Part shown: positions 46,526 through 58,040 of the stretch, piece by piece | Position numbering within the stretch: position 1 is the stretch's first letter | How the letters are laid out: each line of letters begins with the position of its first letter | Assembly (NCBI GenBank): GCA_965153285.1 | Contig: OZ229115.1 | DNA: 64,000 bases | Strand: one strand, 5' to 3' | From: Podarcis tiliguerta | Taxonomy: Eukaryota | Notes under the pieces: generated by a model | What the model was told of the DNA's origin: nothing | What the model saw: the letters and a program-made list of their open reading frames with translations, nothing else | Databases searched by the model: none | Translations under genes and position numbers: made by a program

Positions 46526-48716
46526 CTATAGAACCTTGTTAAAGTTTTCAGAACAGTGAAACTTTGCATACAAGTAATGCGATGCTTAATTTAAGGTGCA
46601 TGCATGGCCCTTGGGAGAACTATCCTTTTTTGGTTGGATTATTCAGACATTTTTTTATTGCATTCTTTACTGTTAAGCTGTAGGTCTAGTGTTGTGTATT
46701 GGATCTGGTTATTACTATGGACAACATAATTAGAATCTAAACTTTGAGTAGAGAATACTAGAAAATATGCTGTATAGATTGAAAACTTCCTTTAGCAAAT
46801 CAGTGTTGTCAGTCATCCTTTGTCTGTTGGCTCTATCACTGGAAAATGGTGGTATTTTGACACTGGCCTATCAAGAATACGGTTGTGATGCTAAAGAATC
46901 CAGAGAATAACATCACATTTAATATACATCACTTTAAGGTAGGTAAAATGTCTAGCTACATGGTTGATTGGCAGTCGGTGCATTTAATTTGCTTGGATTA
47001 GCTCTCAGGGTTCTAGTAAAGTGTTTTGTTCATATCTATGACTCATGTGGCCCTCATGGTAGTATTCCTAAACCACCTCAAAGGTCTATAAGCTATAAGA
47101 CAGTTGGCTCTGCTTACCCACTCAGTGATGATGACCAAAAATATTTCTCACTCCATCACAAGACAGTACAAGTGTCAAATCTCCTAAAGAACAGATACTA
47201 TGATAGATTTGAACTTTGCGGACTTAATACTAGTGCAGAAAAAATTGTGGTCATTGTGTGGATGAGCAGTACCAGCTACTTTAAGGTCATTGTAAAGACT
47301 ACATCCCTTGAAAAAATAGATTTTGAAATGCACCAGGAACAAAGAATAGTCTGCCCCTCCCATCATTATTGTGCATTTCTTTTCTTCAACATTCCTTATA
47401 TTTGTTGGATACCTCTTGTAAACCTAAATGCTATCTTCATCTAAGAGGTTTATTTATTTATTTTTATGTCATTTATCTTTCACTTAATATTTAGAATGTC
47501 TTAAGTGGTGTATTTTTTATAAAAGGATAAGGATTATTAAAATTCATAATAGCAGTAAGAAACTACTTGAAAACCACTGCTTTGAGAGTTTCCCCCCCCC
47601 CCTGGCATACAGGTATACATTTTATGAAATAAGAATAATAAATAAATAAAGTGCCTGCTGAAACAGGAAAGTCTGTCAAGAACCTGAAATTCAGTAGGGA
47701 AGAGTTCCACATAATCTCAAATTTGGTAGAAATTCAAATTAGACAAAACCAGAGAACACATTTCCATGTAATAAGGAATGTGCAGTCAACACTGGAAAAA
47801 TTATTCACTCAAAGTTAACCACCTAAAATTTGGTGCTGCTAAGAATTGAGGATTCTTTTGTTTCATTTCTGTGCAGGGCTGGCTGTTAGGAATTCTTCTT
47901 TCGAATGAAGGCTCAGGGCAGCTTAAGTAGCAGCCTCCTGCCTACCCACGCAGTAATTGGATTCACTCTTGCTTAGCTTCACTGGTGCACTCTATGATCT
48001 CCAGTTGAAGGGTGGTAAACAAATTCAATAAATAAAAATTATAAATTATAGATTTTCCTAATAGAGCTACTCCAAAGGGAAATGCTAACAATAATTATAT
48101 GCAAATTATGCACTTGCTTAGTAGGGAGAGTTTTTTATTTAACCAATGCATGATTTTTCTAATGAAACTGAGAGGTGGCCATTGAATTTCCTCACATGTA
48201 TGCAGAAGCATTTCATGCTGCCTACAGAAGCTGCTTTGTATCCAAGCTTATATTGTTTCCAGGCATTCAGTACAGTAACTTCTAAAAGGTGAAGATTAGA
48301 CATTGATTGCCAGTCGATGACAGGTGAGTTACAAGACTCAGGTTTTGTTAAAATGGTATCTTAAAGACAGCCATGAACCATTACCAGTGTTGTCTTTGTA
48401 ACAAATTTACCATGTAGTACTTGCAGTATAGATCTGGTGCTGGAAAGAAACAAGTGGCTAAAGAATGAACTAAGCATACACAATGAGAAATAGTGGGAAA
48501 TACACTAAATAATAATACATCCTGGCATTTGGTCAGTTTTCAGCTAGAGGAGGCTTGCAAAATCCCCCAACTTTCAAACAGTAAATAACAAATAAGGTTC
48601 AAAGTTGAGCGGCTGTTTTCTCTATAGTTAAGGGAAGAGGATATGCTGATCATCATCACAAATGGGAACTGAAGGTTTCACTGAGATAATGAAACTGCAT
48701 CTATAATGGCTTATTG

Positions 48717-49061
48717 CAGGGGTTCCCAAATTCACCTGGGGACTGAGCTTCATTCAGGTGGTCCACAGTGTGTTTGTGGATTTGTGGTTGAATGTGGGGG
48801 TCTGCACATCCATTTCATTAAATAGTCATACTGATCTTTAATTGTATTTTAATTGCTTCTTTTATTTATTACATTCTATGGAAATCAAATTGTAATACAA
48901 TATGTAAAATCAAAGATGCAATTAAAATACAATTAAAATCATGCAGCATATATCATAATGCAATACAGTTACCACAACCAACAGAAAAATTGGTAAGTGG
49001 TCCTCCAAGACCTTCAGCAATTTCCAAATGGCCCATGTGGGGGAAAGCATGGGAACCACTG
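48717..49061. mobile_element. Non-autonomous hAT element with perfect 8-bp TSD GCTTATTG
   Basis: TIR CAGGGGTTCCCA...TGGGAACCACTG; TSD at 48709-48716 and 49062-49069. Confidence 0.9.
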
Positions 49062-52000
49062 GCTTATTGGTTTCTGTGGGATTACAGGACAGAAACTAGC
49101 TAGTTAGCATTCTCTGCTCGTAGCCTTTCAGAGAATACAGAGCAGGTGACAGATGACTTGGCAGCTGTTTCACTTGCCTGGTTGCAAATGTGTGTTCCAC
49201 TCTATATGTCCCATCATACACACATTTTTAGGTTTGTGCGTAAACTGTTTTAAATGTACATCAAGGTGGTTTGGCTTGTGGCAATATCCTTATTGAAATC
49301 ATATATTACTTGGAAGTAAAATGCTACAAGTATTGTCAGTAATGTGTTGCAAGGAAGGATACAGTAAACTTAAAAAAGTAGTATTGCAATATCAAGGTAG
49401 GTTGGGAAGGACGAAAAGTAGAAATGACATCCAAACTGAACATTTTTGCATAAACATATTTGCTATGTGTAGCTGTATGTTTGGGTATGTATAACTTACT
49501 CGGAGAAGACTGGTTTATGTTGGTATTTGCTTCTTTCACCTACAGCCATAATGTCTCCTACAAAGGAGTCCTTGGCATTTAAGCTTAGTGTTTTCATTCA
49601 GCGTAGTAGTATTTTAATTGTCGGATTGCACTCTGTGCTGCATTATCCATAGTTACTCTGGTGATTGATTTTTATGTATTCTTCTAAATATATGACCTCC
49701 TCAGAACACCTTAGCAGGAGTTGATGAAAGATTAATTCAGCCTTCTACTCTATAACTCTACAAGGGTACATTTCTACCACTAGTTGCACAGCTTTGAATC
49801 TGGAGCAAGAATAACTAATGATGTTATGTTCTAATTCGAAATCCTTACTGCTAAATAGCAGCAGAAAAATGTAAATGCAGCAGTGATAGGCACAGGGATT
49901 ACTCCTTTAAGCGTAGTAGAAAACTTGTTCTCATGGAGGAGACTGACTAACCAGATGTCACTGGATTTGCACAGGCATAAGCTTAGCCTATATTCGTGGT
50001 TGTTAGATGTGTATAGAGTTTGGATAAATATACCCATTTAGTAGAACTATAAAGCAAGAGTATCCTGCTTATGGGAATTATTTGTAGTCTTAACTATTGC
50101 TGCCAATGTTGCAAAGCTGATTCTGCAATTGGGCTGTCCCTCAATGTGTTCACACTACAGTTTTTGATTAAACGTCTGCTACCGTGCCTAAATTCATGAA
50201 GAGTCTTGGGTATGCTGGGATTTGAAACTGCTCAAACAATAGGCATTTAGAGGATTAATTGTAAAATAAAACCTTCTGAGTCCAAGTCAAGAAGGAGATT
50301 AAAACAGATTTCAGATTCTTTTCTGAAGCCACAGCTGGGGTTTGTATATGCAGCACAAAGCAGTTTGTTATTTTTTTCAAATAGTCACACTGTTTTGCCT
50401 GTCGGGCACTTTGGGATCAATAATAATGCAGGAGAACATTGCCCATTGTCCATCGTTCGTAACTGCAATGAGAGATGGAGCATCATTTCCTATTGTATCC
50501 CCAGCTGTAGTGAGGGAAATGGCCAAATGAGCAATATGCATGGCCAGATGCATTGACTGTGCAGCTAATAAGCATCTCTGTAAACGGAACTTTGAAAAGT
50601 AATAAACATTCAGCTTCCTCTTCAATGTAACCTCTGACAAATTTCCCATATGGAAGGCTAGTTGCATGCTTCTAAACAAAAGTGATCTATATGTTTTACC
50701 CGGTCTGTGAAAGAGTGGTCTGTATCTGGAAAGCAGAGAAGCCTGTCATTGAGGTGAAATCTCCCATCATGGTTCCACTGCTTCAGCTTCTTGAATAATA
50801 CAGGGTACTGTTCTTCTAAAGCAAATACACTCAAACATACATACCCTATGAAGTGCCATTTTTGGATGAAACACTGAAGTCGCTGTGCGAGAATGAGAAT
50901 AACAGAAAATGAGAGGAGGAAACGGATTTCAGTTCAGCCGTCGTATAAAGTGTTGAATGAGATTAGCAGCATGGATGTGTGTTCTCATCGACACTGCGAT
51001 GCAGACACCAATGAGCATCCTGAAATCGGAAACATGAAATGTGGATAGCAATGTGCATCCATGTCTTGCTTCCGTCTGAATGAGCATTTGCATCAGGTTG
51101 CACACACAGCCTGCTGTGATGGGACAAAAGTTCCAAAATTTGTATCTACAATATATTGCAAACATGATATGCTTATAATATTACACTATATAGGCAGGTT
51201 GAAGGAGCCCAGTAATAACAGCAGTATTAAAAGTGAAAAAGGCACCCCCCCACACACACTAGAAAAGTAGGAATGAAAAAAAACAGACCTTGTCAATTGA
51301 ATTCAAAGACATTATTAAGTAGATAGCTTAAACAGACATGTTTAAGACATGTTTAAAATAGAAAGAACACTCACAGGTGAAAATGTAATTCCTCAGAGAC
51401 TCAATACATTTCTACTTAACTAAAGAACTGTTTTGTGGATGAGAGACTCTTGGATCTAATTTTTATATATAATCCATGAAGACTTAAGTTACATTCATGC
51501 TAAAGCTATGAAGGCAATGAAAACATTGCTGAACTAGATTGTATACTAGCCACAAATCTCTTCCCACCCCTTCTAGTTAGCAAATATCAGTTACCTACCG
51601 ATATTGTGGCTTGTAAGACCAGCTTTTTAGAAAGTCTGAATAGTTTAGCATTGTACTAAACTAGTTTTTGAAAATGAAATTAGAGCAACATTTGTTTACA
51701 TGTGCTGCAACAAATCAGAGAATCTAAAATGAGACAGCAACATTGAAAAATGCAAGTGAAATATGGAATTCAGCTTAGTTTATTGTGTGATGCTTATATC
51801 ACTTAAGGAATAAGCCCAGGCTAGGAAGGGATAGAAAATAACAGCATTTCTTGATCTTAAGTAGTACATGAAGTTCTGGTCAGCTTAACTCAACTGTATG
51901 AAACTGCAAACTACGAAAAGGGAGTTATTGATCTGGAAAGCTTAGGCAGAAAGAGTTAAGAAAACTTGGTGGAAAACTTTTTTAAAAAACACCTTGCATA

Positions 52001-52322
52001 CAACCATAATTCCTTAGCATTCAACAAGCTCATGGCAAAGGAAATAAGTGGTTCATGACACCATAAACTTGCCATATTAGCAGTTGTAAGGGGGGGGGGT
52101 CCTCAACCTCAGCAGGGGGGGGGGCGTAGAAAACTACTAAAGATGCTCATTTTAACCAGAGTAGACCTGTTGAAATAATAAACATGGCTAACATGCCCAT
52201 TAATTTCAATGGGTCTACTCTCAGTAAAACTCAAGCCACAATCTATAACCTTAATGAGGTTTGAGAATTAGGAATGGATTAGTAGAGATTGTAGTATGCA
52301 GTGGCCTGGGTAATTGAAAATG

Positions 52323-52384
52323 ATTCCTGCATTGTAGGGGTTGGACTAGGTGATCTCAGGTTCCCAACAGTATGATTCTATGAT
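52323..52384 (+). mobile_element. CR1-type 3' tail fragment
   Basis: ttcctgcattgtaggggttggactagg ... tatgattctatgat. Confidence 0.6.
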
Positions 52385-52494
52385 CGGGAATACATTGGAA
52401 GCAGTAAATGATGGTTCAACCAAGTAAGGTTTTTCATCTTGCAATACCATAATCTGCAGCAATGTACTTGCTGGTAAGTGCTCACATATAAAGG

Positions 52495-52625
52495 ATTGCT
52501 CAGTTGGTTAGAGTGTGGTGCTAATAACACCAAGGTTGCAGGCTTGCATATTCCTGCATTACAGGGGACTTGGACTGGATGATCCTCGGGGCCATTTCCA
52601 ACTCTACAATTCTATGATTCTGTGA
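52495..52625 (+). mobile_element. tRNA-Ile-headed SINE with CR1 tail
   Basis: GCTCAGTTGGTTAGAGTGTGGTGCTAATAACACCAAGGTTGCAGG (tRNA-Ile AAT-like, T arm lost) plus CR1 3' end. Confidence 0.75.
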
Positions 52626-53890
52626 CTGGGGGAGGGATTAGAATGGTGCAGTTGATTCTTTCTGCAGCGCTAAATGAAGTATGTATGTTGTGGGTAGTGT
52701 TTTGGGATAGGTCAGGGGGTGGGATGTGAGATGCTTCATTTAAGCATCTAAAGCTCACACAGCAAGTCTTCTTGCTAATCAATTAAGCTAATCAAAGTAT
52801 GGTAGATAACCTCAAATATAGGCATAGCATTATAGCGTCTGTGGGTAAAGAAAAGGATAGGGGTTTGGGTTATTCACCTAGTTACCTGCCTGCTCTGTTG
52901 CCCCATTTCTATAGAATCCACCTTCCTCATAGAAGGAAATCACCTGTTGAGTGCAGCAGACTAAATAACACAGCATTGTGTATTGATTCACTGAACAATG
53001 CTGCTATCCATATTCTGTGCATATTGGGACCCTGGGGATTTGTTTAGAGAGTGCAGTAGAAATCTGTAAATAAATAAAACCATGAGTGTAGTGAAACAAC
53101 AAGTGAACTGCTGCTACATAAATTGATCTTTGAACATTTTCACTGCTGTGCTATTCTCTTGAGCAATTTCTTCCACCGCTTCAATTAAGTACTGTGGTGA
53201 TCCAATGATGCTGAGATACATGTCACATTATTGCTTACTACTGCTTTCCTTTTTTCACATCTGGAAAATGGGTATAAGTATGAGAAATGCATCAAATACA
53301 AACCAAAATGCAGAAGGAACATTCTGAAGTCTGGATTAAGCTGACGAACAAAAAGCAAGCAATGCTTCTGACTGAGAAATGCAAAATAATGTCCATCTGT
53401 TGAGAATTATTGATAATTATTCCAACTGCACAGTTTTCAATTTTAAATAGACAGGAAAGCGATTTACTAGAATATCAGCAGGCCATTTCTGTGGTCAAAA
53501 GTTATTAGAAGCTAAAAAATAGTACAAGTATAAGATGTAACCAGTACAACACAGTCTCTGGCCAAATCATCTTAGCTTTGCCTTATCAAAAACATACGAA
53601 AATGAAAATAGAAACAATTTAAGATGAGCACCCAAATTCATGATTCTCTATTGATTCTAAAATATAATTAATTGACCAGACTGATGTGTCGGTAGTGTAG
53701 TAAGTAGGATTCGTATGCCCATTCTGAAAGAATGAACTTAACAAAGAGGCACAAAGAAATGGCTTTTGCTGTATAAATTACATTATAAAGTCTAGTGACA
53801 CTATTATGTTCAAAAGGTCTAGAAAATGGAAATAACATATAACATCTTATTGGCTCTTTGCCAAGAAGTACCTGAAACCTCATGCATATA

Positions 53891-54228
53891 CAGTGGTGCC
53901 CCGCAAGACGAATGCCTCGCAAGACGGAAAACCCGCTAGACGAAAGGGTTTTCCGTTTTGGAGGTGCTTCGCAGGACGAATTTCTCTATGGGCTTGCTTC
54001 GCAAGATGAAATGTCTTGCGATTCCTGGGGGTTTTTCCCCGCTCCCCACCCCTTTTTCTAAGGCACTAAGCTGCTAATAGCCTTTTAGCAGCTAATCCGC
54101 TAATCCCTTAAGCCTTTAATAGCCGCTAATAGCGCTAATCTGCTAATGGGCTCGCTTCGCAAGCCGAAAAAACCGCTAGACGAAGAGACTCGCGGAACGG
54201 ATTCTTTTCGTCTTGCGAGGCACCACTG
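53891..54228. mobile_element. Young Tc1/mariner (Tigger-like) MITE
   Basis: TIR CAGTGGTGCCCCGCAAGACGAA / TTCGTCTTGCGAGGCACCACTG; TA TSD; CpGs retained. Confidence 0.92.
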
Positions 54229-54232
54229 TATG

Positions 54233-54381
54233 CAGTGCCTTTTTCTGGGGGTACGCAGGGGTATGCATACCCCTAAACATTTTGTGAATCTAACTTTGAC
54301 CTCATTGGGGGGCAGTATTCAATATGAGTAGGAAAATGAGAGCACCCCTAAACATTTTTTTATATATAGAAAAAAGCACTG
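54233..54381. mobile_element. hAT-type MITE (8-bp TSD CATATATG)
   Basis: TIR CAGTGCCTTTTTCT / AGAAAAAAGCACTG; right TSD 54382-54389. Confidence 0.85.
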
Positions 54382-57300
54382 CATATATGTGATCTGACTT
54401 AACATTACTAAATGGGAGTAAACAAAAGATATATTGCTCCATGATGGCACTTGGTTCAATTTCCTATCTTCTAGAAAGAAACTAACCTGCTATTCAGTCA
54501 GTTAGGGTTATGATGCATAAAAATCCCTGTTCAAAGGTTTAGGTTAGAAACTCTGGCCCCGGTTTAGACCTTACCTAGTCAGCATTTGTGGAAACTAAAT
54601 CTTGGCACTGTTCAGCTGTAGAAAGGAAATATGGTGAATTCATCGAGGAGTATCAGTCAGACAACTTCTTGGCATATGTGTCACATGCAGAGTTCAAAGA
54701 GTGTAACAAACTAGAGCATTTATCCTTTGATGCAGTCGAATGAGATGAGACTAGCAAATAGTGTAGATTAGGCTATGTTATGTGATAGCTGTTGGTTTCT
54801 CTGCCACATTGCACCCTGCTTTTAGGTTTGCCACCCATTGTATATTTTAACTTATAAATTAGTGTTCTTAGCTCCTTTCTCTTGTAAACTCTTAGCACCT
54901 GTCTGAAATGCAGATTAAGAAACTATTTGGGGTAGATTCATAGTTTTAACAGCAGAGAGAAATATGGTTATAAAAGGCATCTGTCTCTCATTATTGTACC
55001 ATTTGACTAGTTAGAATGAGCATTTGAAAGAATTTGTTAGCTTGACCACTGTTGAATCCATGGGTGGCATCACTCATTTTGGGTTTAGACCTTACCCTAC
55101 ACAGTAATTGTTTACATATTTCTCCTTATTAGACTTTTTCAGTAAAAAGATCAGTATTACTTGTCTGAATGCTTGTAAACTAATGAAATAATTCTTACTG
55201 CTTCCAGAACATGTTTTCAGACATATGTTTGTGACTCATTCTTCAGCTTTTAATAAGTAAATGCAAACTTTTGAGCTGATTCTCAATCTTACAAATTGTT
55301 GGTGGGCTACCTGTTCATACATCAAGATAAAAGCAGCAAATCTAAAATTTGAGGGTTTAATAGACAGTGAACCTCTAGATTCCAAAAGAGGTCTCTAAAG
55401 CACAAAACAGTTGAAGTGTTGCAGGAAAAAGCAACTATATACTACAGCAGTCCTGTTTATCTTCATACTCTTCTGTTCACATTACTTAGAATTCATTAAT
55501 AATGTCCTGGAGTTATGCTAAAAAAATATTGTATAAGAGGATACTAAAGGGGAGGATATTCAGAAAATCATTTGACTGAATGTTCTAGGGCTTTTCCAGA
55601 CTGTCTTATTGCACTGTAACTATAACCCAGTTACAGTTGCATATGTGAGCCAAACATTTTACTGCCATTCTCAGTAATGTGGTGTTTGGGCTTTTAGAAG
55701 CTAGCTAATGTACCTTTTGCATTGAATATAGTTTGGTTGGCAGCCTGTGGCTAGTGTCTGTAGCATCACTGGTGATAAGTTACACATTTCTCTCCCCATC
55801 CATCCATTCTAAGGAAGTTTTTTTACTTTGATTTTTTACTGCTGTACTTCTTCAGAAGCACTAATGATTGCCAGGCGTTCCCTATTTCCCATTGGCAGGA
55901 GTCATCCAACAGCCATTGTAGATGTTCCTTATTTACATTTCCATGAAAAAAGGCCAGTTTAAGTCTCCCTTTTTGAAATCCATGTTTTCTGGACAAGCAA
56001 TTGCTTGTGGCGATTAAAGCTTTGGTTTGCTACAAAATTGAAACTTGTTATACATCCTAAGTATATGATCCAAAATGTCTGGTCATGCAGTTTGTGTGCA
56101 CTAAACAATTGTATCTTTTTAGAGACAAAGATCACTTACAGGATCACTTACCTGAAGGCTAAGGCTGCTGATGACTACAAGGGCTTAGTGGACAATTTTG
56201 GTGCAGTGCAAGATGCCATTCCTGTATTCTCATGTCTCTGGGTCATGTTTCATGACTTTCTCGGTCAAATGGAAAGGCAAAATGATACATTACAAGGCCT
56301 TTTTCTTGCATTTATAATGCCTAACCTTGGAAATCAGATCTCTGCACACACATACACACCAACATGGAGGTGTTTGTGATACTGATATATAATACTATAT
56401 ATAATATATTTTGGTTGTGTGTTGAAAGCAGTTTGTGGCAGCATGTGTCACTGTGAGAAGACCTGATATAGCCAGGAAAAGATGCAGATGGCATTCTAAC
56501 TTTAGCTATGCAAAAGTGCACTTGGCCACCACTGAAACTCAGGCTTCCAGGTTCAGGGTTGAAGCTAGGAACACACCCAAACTGCAAACCTGTGTCCAAG
56601 AGGTCTGCTATCATCTAAGATAGACTAAGGCCAGGACCAACTCTGCTTTGTCTGAATCAGGCTTCAGTGTATTCACTCTTATCCAGTCTTATGGGTGTCA
56701 AAAAATGATTCAGAATCTGAACAGCTTTCTTGGATTTAAATGGAAAGGAAAAGTAGCATTGAGCATCATCAGCATATTGTTAACACAGAACCTCAAAACC
56801 ACGGATGCTCTCACACAGTGGTTAGCACTGAGGCAAGATGGAGTCACGAGGGATTCTATAGTCCAATGGCCAAATCATCAAGCAGGAGTCCCCTAGCACC
56901 ACCTTCTGGAACTGACCCTGCACAAAGGACTAGAACCACCATAAATCAGTGCCTCTAAGTCCTATCACAACCAGGCAGTTCACAAATATAGGATTCCATG
57001 GTTGATAGTAACAAAAGCCCCAGAGAAGTCTGGCAGAACCACCAGGGACATGCTCTCCCTGTCCAGTTCCTGGAGTAGATTGTCCACCAAGAGGATCAAA
57101 GCTGCCTCCATCCCATAACCAACCTGAAACTGCATTCAAATGGCTCTAGATAATCAGTCTTAAATTTAAAAAAAATCCTGAAGTTAAGATGCCACCACAT
57201 GCTTAAGCACCTTTCCCAAGAATGGAGTATTGGAGACTGGATGGAAATCATTTAGTACTGTCTTTATTATTTCATGAAACAAGATGTAACTGATCATTGA

Positions 57301-57914
57301 CCACCCAAAAAAGTTGCACTGGATGACTGTGGAATGCAGTGGTGGCAGAAATGCAGTTTCTTTGCTGCCATCTCCGCCATAGAGTAGGTTTTCAGATGGT
57401 TTCTACCCTGTATTCATTTCGACTTGCTCAAGTCTTTTGCCAGTATTGCTCTAGCTATTGTCCTTATTTATTACATCACTCCCTGCTCCCCCCCCCCAAA
57501 AAAAGAAAAATCCCAGCGAGAGATCTCATGAGTAATTTTGTCCACCATTTAGGCCTTTTCCCCTTTTCAAAGGCGGACCAGTGCTTTAACAGGATTGCCT
57601 CTTGAAGTGAAAGGCAAGCCTCCAAGAACCATCAGCTGATGGGCCGTTTTAATTGGTGCCTCACACCAGCAGAGGTTTGGAGCCTGAGTAAGCTACCATG
57701 ATGATGGGACTGTAGCACTACCACTGAGACTATACCTTAGCTCAAGAGTGGAGGTTAATGGGCAGCACGGTACACCAGCAAAACCCATATTCTGTCCTAA
57801 ATACACACATTAGATAGACACAATCTAAACAGGAAGACGGTTCTTGGGCACCTGGGTCAGTGGGTAGAATAATGATAGATAGACCACTGTGACTCCAATT
57901 CCTCTCTCCTTCCA

Positions 57915-58040
57915 AGTCTTGCGACTGATGAAGTGAGCTGAAATCCAAGAAAGCTTGTAACATAATAAATTGGCTAATTTTTAAGATGTCACAAGAATCT
58001 TTGTTTTTGCTGCAAATGACTAACATGCCTACCCCTCAGA
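57915..58040 (+). mobile_element. Penelope-like element terminal-repeat relic
   Basis: ctgatgaagtg...gaaagctt...aataaattgg.ta.t.tttaag.tg.cacaaga...gactaacatg.ctacccctc, typical of reptile PLE ends. Confidence 0.7.

Noticed and set aside
46968-47444. 158-aa plus-strand ORF
   Set aside because: TTG start, no similarity to copine or any family I recognise
52498-52545. Possible tRNA-Ile gene
   Set aside because: T arm and acceptor stem missing; fused to a CR1 tail
56435-56623. ORF beginning MAACVT, superficially like the CPNE1 N-terminus
   Set aside because: Starts at GTG, has no acceptor, and lacks the following C2-domain motif (SC..L.DKD..SKSDP)
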